A program made the position numbers and the translations under genes. Positions 1 through 23,800 of a stretch of DNA of 64,000 bases are shown here, piece by piece. This stretch comes from Phaeosaccion multiseriatum (Eukaryota; Protista; Ochrophyta, other classes), in assembly GCA_965112735.1 (NCBI GenBank), contig OZ218957.1:1488001-1552000 (forward strand), written 5' to 3'. A model generated the notes under the pieces. That model saw nothing but the letters and a program-made list of their open reading frames with translations. It was not told where the DNA came from and did no database searches. Every line of letters begins with the position of its first letter. Position 1 is the first letter of the stretch.

Positions 1-244
1 CGTTCAAGCTCTAGGTCCATCCCCCGTTGAGAAGGGGGCTCTTTTCTTGAGCGGGACCGGCCGTGATGGATGATAGAAAAAAATCATTTAGAGGCATACG
101 TTGGCGTTTCGATTTCAGGGTGCGCTGCATTCATCTAAAACTTGAGCTCAAGCGAAAGAGCAAGCACATAACTACCGTGGACTCGGAAGCATACGCCGGC
201 TTGTAGAACTTAGTCCAGCGGCATAGGACGCAGCAAAGGCGACC

Positions 245-1996
245 ATGACGGGAGCCAATGCTTCGGCCAGCAAGGGATCCAACAGAACGGGAAGGATGAA
301 GAGCACAATGGTTAAAACTGTAGTGGGTAAGGTCAAGACAAGTACCTATGACCTCCCAAAGTCTGACCACGTGTATGGTGCTACTGTAATAAAGGATGAG
401 TACGCTGCCGGAGACGGTGAGTTCTCACGGGAGGCGGAAAGAAGGGGGAGAGATGGAGAGGTAGAGGGCGTGGGTTGACAAGCGACTGGTACTGTCTTGC
501 GCGTGTGCCGATCATGTCCTCTCCGCACGCTACGTGGTCTCGCTACTCCGCAGTAGACCGATACAACACACGCCCCCACCCACCGTCACCCCCATATCCA
601 CCCCGCAGTCATCAGCAAGTGGCAGGTATCGAAGCCTTCCGAAGCCAAGAAGAGCGACCGAGACTTGATCCGGACCAACGTCATGGCCATTGAGGCGGGA
701 AACCTCACGGCGAAGGACATGCGCATCTTCCAGCAGGCCCACCCGGATGTGCGCGTGAAGCAGTCCGTGTCCAAGCTCAAGAGAGAGGAGGACGGGCGGC
801 GGACAGTCACGCTTCCTCCAGGTAAGAAAGGCCTACACACAGACAAACCATAGGCTGCAGCCATATAGGTGGTAGGGTGCATGATTCCGTCGCTGCTACA
901 ATACCATAACGTTAGGGGCGGAAAAGCGAAGTACTGCCTGATGGCTTTTCTGCTGCGGCCCTCGTCTACCTCTCTATCTCTCTCTCCTTCCATCCTCATC
1001 GGCCCGCACCTGCCCCCCCAACCCCCCACACCCATGCACCAACGCAACACCAACCAACCACCCACTCACTCACACACACAGGTGCAGGCGGCAAGGATCG
1101 CATCTACGGTGTGGTGACGAAGAAGACGGAGCCCCCTCTCAGCCACTTGATCGAGGCCCGTTATACAGACATGACTCGGGACGAGATGGACTATCCCGAC
1201 GTCATGGTCCTCAGGAAGAAGAACGTAAGTAGTGTATCATTGGCACCTGCCACTTTATTCCATTGTTTACATTTTAGACAGAGACAGCCCAGACAAACTC
1301 TCGATGACATTGACTCAGTGGTGGACGCAGTGGGTGACAGACTGAGAAGAGAAGGAGAAGGAGAAGCTTGGCGGGGGGGCTGGGCCGCGAGCCCTGGCCA
1401 CACAATTCACCACAGAGGCAGAGAGGAAGAAGCAAACGGGACAAGGTCAAGGCAAGCGCGCCCAAACCACAACCAGGTCCATGTCCGGCTTCTCTCCTTC
1501 CAGCCGGCGCAATCGAGCGATGGCATCTGCTCACCCCTCAGACTAGCGCAGCTCCCTCATTACGCGCTCACTCTCCCTCTCTCCGTGTGTGTGTGTGTCT
1601 CTCTCTTCCCCTCCCTTCCTCCTTCCCTTCATCCTTCCTTCCCCTCCCCTCTCCCTCCCGCCCTCCCTCCTCCTCCTCTTCCCCTCCCTCCCTCCCTCCC
1701 TGCAGCGCATGCCCGAACCCCGACCCACTCGAGCGTCAGAGGGTCACTCTCTGCGAGCACGCCTAAGTGCCATGGGCCTTGAGGAACACGGCTACGGTTA
1801 CGGACCGCCAGAGAAGGAGCGTTTCGTCATCTCGCGTTTCAGAAACATCCCTTCCAAGTACGGCATTGGCGTGTTCGACACCAAACCGACAGCAGCAGGA
1901 GCTGTATCACCAACCGCTGCAGCAAGAGGAGGAGAGGAGGCCCCTGAGTCCCATGAGGAGCCAAGCTGCCGAGCGGAGGCTGTCCCTGCGTGCTGA
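245..1996 (+). CDS. CFAP77: Cilia- and flagella-associated protein 77-like (CFAP77/C9orf171 family), 4 exons: 245-416, 609-821, 1082-1224, 1706-1996
   Basis: Spliced translation gives VGKVKTSTYDLPKSDHVYG...VISKW...RDLIRTNVMAIEAGNLTAKDMRIFQQAHPDVRVK...IYGVVTK...LSHLIEARY...FVISRFRNIPSK, matching my recollection of the CFAP77 family. Canonical GT..AG introns keep the frame. Confidence 0.72.
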
Positions 1997-2296
1997 AGCT
2001 TCGTTGCTAAAGGAGCCATATATTTGTATACACGTACACACGCAGACTAAGGAGGTGGGCGGGCGGCGGTGGGGCATGAGGACAAGCCATGTTTCGTGAG
2101 AAACAGGGAAAAGGAAGGGAGAGTCAGGGAATCAAGGAATTGATCGCCAGCTGTCGGCGCCCTTGTGCCAAGTACCTCGCGCACCCTTCGGCACAAAACA
2201 AGAACATTAGTGTAACCACAGCCTAAGGAAAAGAAAAAAAGATCATGTAAGATTATAGGCCAAAATGAAACTGTGCTCATCCGCCTCTACGATTGA

Positions 2297-3396
2297 CTAC
2301 CGCCGCGTAGGTTTCCGCTGCGTGGCGGCTTTCTCCCTCTCCTTCCTCTCCCCCTCCACCCCTTTCCCCTTCCCACCCCTCTTCCCTCTCGTCCCCCCTC
2401 TTACCCCATCCCCCTCCCTCTCCTTCTCCTGCGCCGCTAATAACAACATCGCGTCGATCTCTGCGTTGGCCTGCGCCCTCTCTCCCGACGAGAGCTCCCT
2501 GAAGGTCCGTCCGGTCTTGGCCTCCCACGCCCTGTAGGCCCGGACGGGGTGGCGAGACGGCTCGTAGGTGGTCTTGGCCTGGCACACGGTCTTGTTGTGG
2601 CGATGAATCAGGGCTTCGATGTCCAACTCATCTCCTCCTCCTCCTCCTCCTCCTCCTCCTCCTCCTCCTCCTCCGCTGCCATCACCACCTCTTCTTCCTC
2701 CTCCTCTTCTTCCTCTTCCTCCTGGTTCTTCTTCTTGTTGGCCTGCCTGGGCTCTGCTGCTGCTGCCACTGTGGTGACTATTGCCCACACCACCGCCACC
2801 ACCCAAGGGCGGCACTTCTGTATCACCAACCGCTGCTGCTGCTGCTGCTGCGGCTGCCACCGCCAGAGATGACTGAGGGAGTCGCCGGCGTTTGCCCAGA
2901 GGCCCGCCGGACGCTCCTCTCCCTCTCTTCGCGGCATTCGAGGGCAACGCCAAAACTGCTGCTGCTGTATCACCAACTGCTGCTGCTGTATCACCAACTG
3001 CTGTTGCTGCTGCTGGTGGTGGTGGTGCTGCTGCTACTCCGGAGGGGGGAAAGGGACACGCCTCCTCCGCCCGGCCTGGCCTCGAAGCCCGAGTCTGCCT
3101 GCTGCCGCTGTCGCTGCTTTTGCTGTTGCTCTTGGTGCTGCTGCTCAAGGAGCCACGAATACTGACAGCCGCATCAGCACTAGCACTCGCACTAGCAGCT
3201 GAAGCACTCGCATCTGGGGCGGTTGCAGTGGACTTTAGCTTCACCACCCCCCCGCCCACCGAACCGATAGGGTCCAGCTCAGCAGCATCGCGTTCGAGGC
3301 GCTGCCTGCTCTGCCTGCTGCTGGCCGCCGGTGCTTTCCTCTGTGCCCCACCCGCTTTGCCTCCCTCCACACCTTGCCGCCCTCCTCCTCCTCCTC

Positions 3397-3433
<37 letters not shown>

Positions 3434-4576
3434 ATCAATGCCTGCTGCTGCGGCTCCTGTCTTATTTTCTCCGCCCCGCCCGGCCCCTGCTGCCACCCCT
3501 CCCGCCCCTCCAGTGCTTCGTGCAATACCTGGTCTGCTGCTACTACGGCTCGTGCTGCTCGTGGTGCTCCTCCGGACGCTGCTGCTGGAGGCCGCGGTTG
3601 CTGCACTTAACCCACCCACCTTCTTCTTCTCCTGATAGGCCTGCAGCTTTGCCTTCATGGAGCTCTCTTCCGCCTCTTGCTGCTGCCGGGCCAAGCCCTG
3701 CCGCCGCCGCTGCCTCGGTGACGACTCTCCAAAACCTGGACCACCACCTGGGGCCCCGCCTGAAGAGGCGCCATCCTTGCTGGTGCTTCTGCTGCTGCTG
3801 CTGCCGGGGCGAACGCGCGAGGGTGAGCGTGGGGGCGCGGCCCTCTTCCCCTGGCCCTGTGCTCTTGCAGTAGTAATACCTGGACCGCATTCTCTTCCTT
3901 CTCCTCCTATGCCTCCCCCTCCTCTTCGTCGTCCTCTTCGCATTGCGACATCATCCTCCCCCTCCTCCTCGTCGTCGTCCTCCACACTAATGCTCGTGTT
4001 GCCTGCCGTCGTGAAATGGTCCTCGTGATAGTTTGTGAACCACAGATCGTCCTTCGCCTCCGCCGCTGCGGCATCACGCACTTCCCCTCGAGCAGCCTTG
4101 CTGAGATTGATGTAGTGACAGGGAGCATCAAAGTTAAAGTCTTCGTCGCACCAAGCAGGACCACCTCCGGCTGGGGGAAATCTAGCAGTCGTAACTTTGG
4201 CTCCCGGTAGGGGGCGCTTGCCCCCCCCCCGCCTGCTTCTGCCATTGCTGCCGTGCATGCTCCTTCCTCCTTCCCTCCTCCTCTCAGCCAAATCAACGGC
4301 GCCTTTCACCTCCTCATATTTTTCCAAATACAAGCGGGCTAGGCTTGGAATTTCAACTGCTGCTGCTGCTGCTGCTGCTGCTGCAGCTTCTTCTGCACCC
4401 GCTTCTGCTGCGGCTATCCTACGATGGAAGCGTTCTCGATGGCTATGCCTTCTCCAGCGCAAGAAGAGAAGGGCCGGACCAATTCGCTGACTTACTACGC
4501 TTCGCATCTGAAAATGTGAACCGTCAAGGGAAGCATGCCAGGAGGTTGTAAACAAAACATAGGGAGGTGTTGACAT
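2297..4576 (-). CDS. Single-exon low-complexity protein with a TPX2-like Aurora-kinase-binding motif and a small C-terminal domain; true start may be the downstream Met near 4258
   Basis: 759-aa open frame. DEDFNFDAPCHYINLS...DDLWF resembles the TPX2 N-terminal motif (Y/F-x-Y/F-DAP-x2-F/Y-I-N...D-x-WF). The C-terminal YEPSRHPVRAYRAWEAKTGRTFRELSSGERAQANAEI is high-complexity and looks like a real domain. Confidence 0.6.
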
Positions 4577-5048
4577 GGCGAGGGAGTGTCGATAGTCCTA
4601 CAGGAGCGTACTGGGCAAGTCGATGATGCACGAGGCTGATCAAGGCAGCTACAAAGGCTGCTTGTGAACGCCTATCGTGAGCTTACCTTCCCTTCGAGTA
4701 TGGCTTCCCGAGAGAGGAAACTGAGGTACGCGCGGGTGGTTGGCTCTGAGCGGAAGGGACAGCTCGTTTCCCAGGCCTTTCAAAACCCTTCGCAGACTTC
4801 TCCCTCCTCTCAACGCTTTTACTTGAAGGCCTGTGGTACCTATGCCAACCCTCTTCCATGGTCGCTCTCTCGCTTCTCCCTCTTCTCCTCTCTTCTCTGC
4901 TACTGCTCTACTCATTCTACAAGCATTCCATGCCTAACGCAACACAAAACGCGACTCCTTCCCTCCTCGTCCCCTCCCATTTGGTGGACACTCTCCCCGA
5001 TCCATCAATCACACCACCCAACACACCTCCGTACCAACCTGTGGATCC

Positions 5049-9033
<3,985 letters not shown>

Positions 9034-9541
9034 TGGGGCCAATGCGTTTCTAAAAGTTAGAAGTACAGCAGTTGGTGGTACAATAAGAGCCACACAGCAC
9101 ACCCACCCACCAAAGGGTTTGGGCTGGAGGGGCTGACACAAAAGTTGGTGATACGGTATGTTTCCAACCCACGCGCCACAAGACCTGGAGCTGGAGCTGA
9201 AAGAAGCAGCAGCAGCAGCAGAAGCAGCAACAGTAGGTGATACAGTACCAAGAGCTGGCGAGCGCTCAGCTCATTAGACCTTTTATAGGAAGGGCGAGGG
9301 TCGCCTCATGCACACGTGCAGCGGCCCCACCCTCACAGCAGTTGGTGATACAGCACCGCCCCATAGCAGTTGGTGATACAGCACAAGGCAGGGCGTATGA
9401 GTATGCGCTTTGCACGGCTACTGACCCAACTCCGTGTCATCCCCGCAGGGAGACACACACGCACACACACACCGACAGAGAAACAAAACACACACACGCG
9501 CACGCACAGAGAGAGATAGAGATGACAGAGAGAGAGAGAGG

Positions 9542-9589
<48 letters not shown>

Positions 9590-10706
9590 GAGAGAGAGAG
9601 AGAGAGATTCCCCACGGCGAGGCGAGGCAATGATGCCTCGACCGACCGGCCGTACCACCAACTACTGCAGTTTGCAGTTTTGTGTGTGCGTGTAAAAGAT
9701 GCTAAGTATCGGTAAGGTGGATGTATGATATATATATATATATAACCTAAGCCCTCTGAGGTCAACACTGAGGTCCTCCCTCACTGCACTCAAACCGAGC
9801 ACTCGGGGCCTCGAAACTGGATAGAGAGATAGAGATGGATGGATGGATGGATGGATAGATAGAGATGGATAGATGGATAGATAGAGAGACAGAGATGGAT
9901 GGATGGATGGATAGATAGAGATGGATGGACAGATGGATAGATGGATAGGGCCACAAGAGGGGGTGGGTTAGGCTGCTGCAGCTGCTCCTACGGATACAGG
10001 CAGAGAGGCAGAGCATTAGAGGCATACAGGTCATACGGGTAGCTCTCGCTCGTCAGTCGGTACAAGGTAGGTACTGCTGCCCTTGTTTTTGTGACCGGCG
10101 TGCTGCGTGTGTGTGCACGTGTGTACACACACGCACACATACACAAATCACAAATAGAGACAGAGAGAAAGGAGAAGAGAGGAGAGAGAAGGGGGGGGGG
10201 GGGGCGCTGCGAAGCACTTTGTGTGGTGCCCCTCCTCTCCTCCTCTCCCCTCCCACACACGGCTCACGGTGGGAAGGGCTCACTGTCACTACCGCTGGCC
10301 CTATCCCTCCGTATGCTGCGTCCATATGCCCCATATGCCGCTGTATGCCTCCGTATATCCTCCGCATGGTTACGTATGCCTCTCCGCATGCCCTGCCCCC
10401 CGTATTCCTCTAACTACCCAACTAACTACCCAACTAACTCACCAACTAACCAACTAACCAACTCACCAACTCGCCAACACCATCCTCAGTACTCAGTGCT
10501 TAGTGCTCAGCGCTGGAGGGCGGTTTTGGGCTTCTGTATTGCCCTCCATACAACATCCATATGCCCTCAGATGGCCTTGATGTGTCCTTAGTATGCCCTC
10601 TGTATACCACCCGTAGGCCCTTCAGGTGTCCTTCACATGCCCTCTGTATGCCTCCCTATGCTTCCAACTAACACTGTCTAACTAACGAACTAACGAACTT
10701 GTTGTA

Positions 10707-18465
<7,759 letters not shown>

Positions 18466-18782
18466 AAAGCCAATTAATCGCTGGATAATAAAGATCCGAA
18501 AGCTGTGGGGGGGGGGGATAAAGAGAGCGTGTTGGTTCTCTCCTTGGACTCACAGCTGGGCAGGACTCGTTCCACACGTTCTCTTCCCCTAACGTCAAAA
18601 CAGGTCGCAAAAAGAAGAGAGATAGAGAGAGAGAGAAAAAAAAGGAGGAAGAGGGACACACAGAGAGAGGAAGGGAGGGACAGAGTTGTGGAGAAGGGGA
18701 GAGAGAGAGGGAGAGAGAGAGAGAGAACAGCTGGGGACCAGGAACAAGGTCCGCCCGTTCCGTTTAGCGGGCGGCTCTTGTC

Positions 18783-19702
18783 ATGGCACTTTATTCCATA
18801 GTGTTTGGGCTGCTCATCGCAGAGCTGGTGGTGGTAGCAGCTTTGATTTGCCCACTGCCCAACGTCTTGCGAAAAGCGATTGTGGGCTTTCTGGGAAGGC
18901 TCGCCAAGAACCCCACCATCAAGACTGTGTTCTGGGTGGTCACGTCGCTGCTCTTCCTGATGTTCGCAGAGAGCGTGAAGCAAGTGCAGGAGAAGCGGAT
19001 GGAGAGGGACGGCCATAGCCGCGGGGGGGGCGGAGGAGGAGCCTCGGACATCATCGTAGACAAAGTAAGCCTTACTCACTTCTTACAGCATCGCTTCCCT
19101 CTTCAGATTTGACTGTTCCCCCCCCCACCACGCACATTTTGACTGACTCGTTCCTTAAAACCCTTAAAAGGACGGTTCTCAGCTCACAAACACCGTCTTG
19201 GCCTGCCTAGGAGCTGGGGGAGAGAGAGGAGGTACGCATTGATCACACCCTCTCACCTCAACCACCGCCCTCCTGCCCCTCCCTCCTCCCCCTTGCTTCC
19301 TCACAGGCGAGCCGATTCCGGTCGGAGAGGAACTTATACATGACGGGGATGGCGCTGGTGCTCATCATGCTCATCGCACGAACGCTTAGCATCGTGAACC
19401 AGTGGCTGCAGGCCGTCAAAGACAAGGATACGATGGAGGCGAAGTTCGGAGCGTTGGAGAGGCAGCTGGTGGCCAATAAGAGGGGCGAGGAGATGCTTAA
19501 GAAAGCACAGGAGGCAGTAGAGGAGGAGGAGAGGAATAAGAGGCAGCAGCAGCAACAGCAGCAGGAGGAGGAGGAGGGGGAGGAGAAGAAGAAGCAAGAA
19601 GCAAGGGAGCCTGTGGCTGCTGATGTGGATGACAGAACATCGGGGGGCGAAGAGGTGGGCGGTCTGAGGCAGCGGAAAAACGACTCCAAGAAGAGCAAGT
19701 GA
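18783..19702 (+). CDS. BCAP31: BAP31/BAP29-family ER membrane protein, 2 exons: 18783-19064, 19307-19702
   Basis: Three N-terminal hydrophobic helices (L.AELVVVAALICPLP), the signature RFRSERNLYMTG.ALVL, a coiled-coil tail and a C-terminal KKSK dilysine ER-retrieval motif. Confidence 0.88.
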
Positions 19703-20800
19703 TACTATTTATCGGACTGACGAAGCTAGTAAGTAAGTTAGTAAGGTACCACCACCGCCAAACACATCGCCCAAGTGCACACACAGCACGGGCGTTTTCG
19801 GAACCCACAGCAATGTTGCAAAAACCAAGAAATTGAAGGTGGCCCAGTGTTTCCTTGTTATTCGCTTCACCAACGATTCGTCCATTGCAAGAACCAAGCT
19901 TCACCGTGGCGAAGATAGGCAGGAGATGAGGCGGACGGCTTCGCGTCACTACATCACCAGTCCCGAGCTATCAGCACCAGCACAAGCTTCTGCCACGCCC
20001 CCCACACGCACGCACGCTCGCAGCGCCTTCCGTCCCCGCCTCTTCTTCTCACTCGCCGCCACCATGCCCTCCTCCAGCACCTCCCACTCGTCCTGCTGCT
20101 TCTCGCCATCCTCGTTACCCCCTCCTCCTCCTGAGCGATAGCGCTGGTAGGCAGACACAAAGCCTCGTATCGTGCTCTCCAGGCTGGTCCCCTTCCTCTT
20201 GGTGCGCACAGCGTAGTAGGGCAGCAGCAACACCTTACTCTGGCCCACAGACACCACCACGCCATTCGACAGCTGCCTATCCTGGTGGCCCCAGCAGGCT
20301 ATGGCAGCGTCGGCAGCAGCATCTTCCAGCTCTCTCCACAGACCATTGGGAAGCTGAATCTCATCCCCGACATGAAGCCCCAGCCTCGCAAGCAAACCTC
20401 CTCCATCCCCATCCTGCTCCGCTGCTTCCTTCCCTTCCTCTTGCCTCTCCCCTCCCTCCACTGAAGGGGGGAACTTCGCCCTCTTCTTTCCTCTCGCATC
20501 GATGTCGGTGGCAGCTCCTCGCTTGGGTTTAGGCGTGCCCTGGGTCATCTTCCCCGTCTGCTCCGCTCCCTCCCTTTTCATTCGAGCATGACGCCAACAC
20601 ATCCCACCAGATCCACCCTGGGCTTGCTTCTCACACCCCTCCACAGTACACCTCTTAGGTATCCTCACAGCTCCATGCCTAGTGTACAATCCTCCCTGTT
20701 GCGACTGCTTCTCACACCCTTCCACAGTACACCTCTTGACCACAGCTCCATGCCTAATGCATAATCCTCCCTGCCTCGACTGCTTCTCACACACCCCATC

Positions 20801-23800
20801 TTTTTTTCTGCTTAAGACAGGGCCACCATGGCAGGGGACGACAGGGGGGCCCCGCGGCCCCCCGGAGCCCAGGAGACACCGGCAAACCTCACAGCAACCC
20901 AGCAGGAGCCACCTATGAGCCGCGATCAGCGGGGGCTCGAAAGAAGGGAGAGACGGGCAGCGGCAGCAGCAATTCGCCAAACACCAGCACGGGAAGGCGT
21001 GCCCACCCCCATCACGGCTCCACCAGCGGCCGCAGCACCCCGCAACACCCTCCCGCAGGACCCACAGCTCCCACCAGCACTCACGGAACCCACAGCAACA
21101 GCAGCGGAAGCCCACCCCCCGCAGCAGCAACCACAACCGATCTCAACGACACGGCAACAAACAGCACCGGCCGCCAGGAGATCTACCACGCCCGCCAGCG
21201 AGACAACAGGCCCTACAACAGCACCACCCCCCACAGCGACCAGCCCAGCACCCATGCAGCCAACCACGAGGCCAAGGGGACGAAGCAGGACCCCCCGAGC
21301 ACGCAGCCCGGAAAGGCCAACCGCCACTTTCCGAGCCTCAGATCCAGCCCAAACCACCAACGCGTCAACTCACAGAAACGCACACGGGATCACAGAGCAA
21401 ATCGTCTCCATCCTCCAAGACGAATACGAAGACACCCACCTCACAGCCACGACCCCCATACGGCAACACCCGAACCTCTTCTTCAACGAACAAGCGCCAG
21501 CATCCGCCAGCCGACGCATCAGCGCTGAGTTCGCAAGCCTAAACCTCACCGCGACGGAACTGACCCACCACAACACGGCCGAGGCCATCGCCGACCTCGT
21601 ACGACCACCCCCCACGACGCACGAGGAAGAGACAGCATCACTCGAAACAGACACGCATGGACACGCACCAACGACATGGAGCAACACCATACGCCACCAG
21701 CGCGACGCGGCGCTCCCGCCTACCAACTCGCACTTCTATATGCCCCTCCTCAGACAAGCTCTAAGGAGCGGAGGCCCCCCCACCACCCCCGGAAGACCAC
21801 ATGGGGGAGGAGATTACCCCCTTGGATGGCAACAGATCGTAGAGGCCTATGCCCACACGCTCGCAGGCCAAGAGATCACCTCCAACGAGTTGGTCAACGA
21901 CTACATCACCGCCTCACGACAGGAGGAACTCATCGCGGTATTACCCGACGTCCAAGCCATCGTTGAGCGCTACGGCCACGCCCTACGCGACCACACCAAC
22001 AACACCACCACCTCCCCCTTCGCCAACACCATGGCCACACCGTGGTGGGCGCCGGGGCAAGCCCTCGCCTTACGCACGAGGCAGGCCCCCCGGGGAACCG
22101 CACCAGGACCGCCAACACCCCCCACCCAAAGTGACACAACCACGCCACAGACGGACGACACCCACAACAACACCACAGCGTACCGCAGGAACATTGACAA
22201 CAACTACATCGCCACGGGAGTCCTCTGCAACTTCGAACAGTGCAATGACACCTTCGTCACGGTCGGCAGGTCCAGAGACCGCCTCAACAGGCACCAGTTG
22301 AGCCACCACCCCAACCGCGGCCGAGAGTGGGAACGATGGATGCGCGAACACCACCCCCAGGCCGCGTCAATCCTGTGGTACCGCGCCAACGGCCCACAGA
22401 GCGGACCACAGAACAGAACGTATCAGCTACGTGACTGTATACGTGGATGCGGCAACCTGGCCCACAGAAACTCCGGCAGATCCCTCCTCAGAAGCTTCCC
22501 GCAAGCAGGCCTACGGCAGCCCATATGCCACACATGCATACGAGCATACGAAGCAGCACACCTCCCGGCATCGTCAACCATCCCACCACGAGCTCGCAGC
22601 ATGCCCCCACCGACAAGAGCAGGTGGGACAGACACTACACGGGAGCACGACCCGGAGGGAGAAGGGAGAGGAGAGCGAGCGGGACACAGGGGAGGGGGAC
22701 GAGGAGACCGCGACGGAAGAGTAGTAGCAGGGGGGGAGAGGGCGAAAACAGCAGAGGCGGAGGAGAGCGCCCAGCACTGGCACGGGAAGCAGCGGCAGAA
22801 GGAGGGGAAGGGCAAGCAGAGGGAGGAGGTGACGAAGCAGAAGGAGGAGGCGACCCCACCAACAACGAGGAGCTACCCAACTGCCCGGTGTGTATGGAAC
22901 CGCTCACTGGCCAAGCACAAGTCGCCATGCACGAAGACGAACATCACGTGCACAACCACTGCGCATTGGGAGTCATGAGCACGTACCCCAACCGCAACGA
23001 CCACCTCTGCCCCTACTGCCGCAACCCCTGCTACCGGCACACGATCGAGCAGGCCATCACAGCACAAGGAGGGAGAGCTATGGGCCGCGCAAGGGATCGC
23101 CTAGCGAGGGAGCGCAGAGAGTCGCATCAGCAGCACGCGCAGGCCAGCCAAGGACGGCGCCGCCAGTCCCAGCCACCCCCCACCACCCGACACACACCCC
23201 CACCCCAACCTACCGCCCCCCCAGCCCCGATATGCTGCATATGCATGTCTGACGCGGACCCCCCTTTCATCGCACCAACCACGGAGTGGCCAGTACGCAC
23301 CCGACGCTGCCAACACACCGTTCACCCCGCGTGCCTCCTTCACCACCTGAACGACCAAGCCACACTGAGGAGAGCCAACCAGCAGCCCGTCATACCACCA
23401 GGCAACCTCCCCTGCCCCGCGCAAGGCTGCATGGCTGGCTACCAAGCTCAACGAGCCATCCCCGCCCTCAGGACCATCCTCACCCAAGGCAACGCAGCAT
23501 CGGCCTACCAAGGCCCCCTCAACGACCTCGAGAACGCCTATCTAGGCCCAGACCCAAACGAGGACCCGTCGCGTACGGCAACGCCCCAGCACACGACAGC
23601 AACGGCCAGGCTCAACCCGTACCAACCCACCACCCCCACGGGCAGAGGAGGAGGGCGAGGGCACGCGGAAGGAGGAGGAGGAGGAGGAGGAGCAATCGCA
23701 GCAGCGCCAAGTGGAGTAGAAGGACGAAGAGGAGGACGAGGGAGGGGGGAAGGAAACGGACAAGGAGCAGCAGCAGAGAGGGGACCTCAGAGAGAAAGGG

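Noticed and set aside
20791-20816. Resemblance of CCATCTTTTTTTTCTGCTTAAG to dinoflagellate/Perkinsus spliced leaders
   Set aside because: The match is weak, the CCATC part is absent in two of four 5' junctions, and the host genes show no SL evidence.
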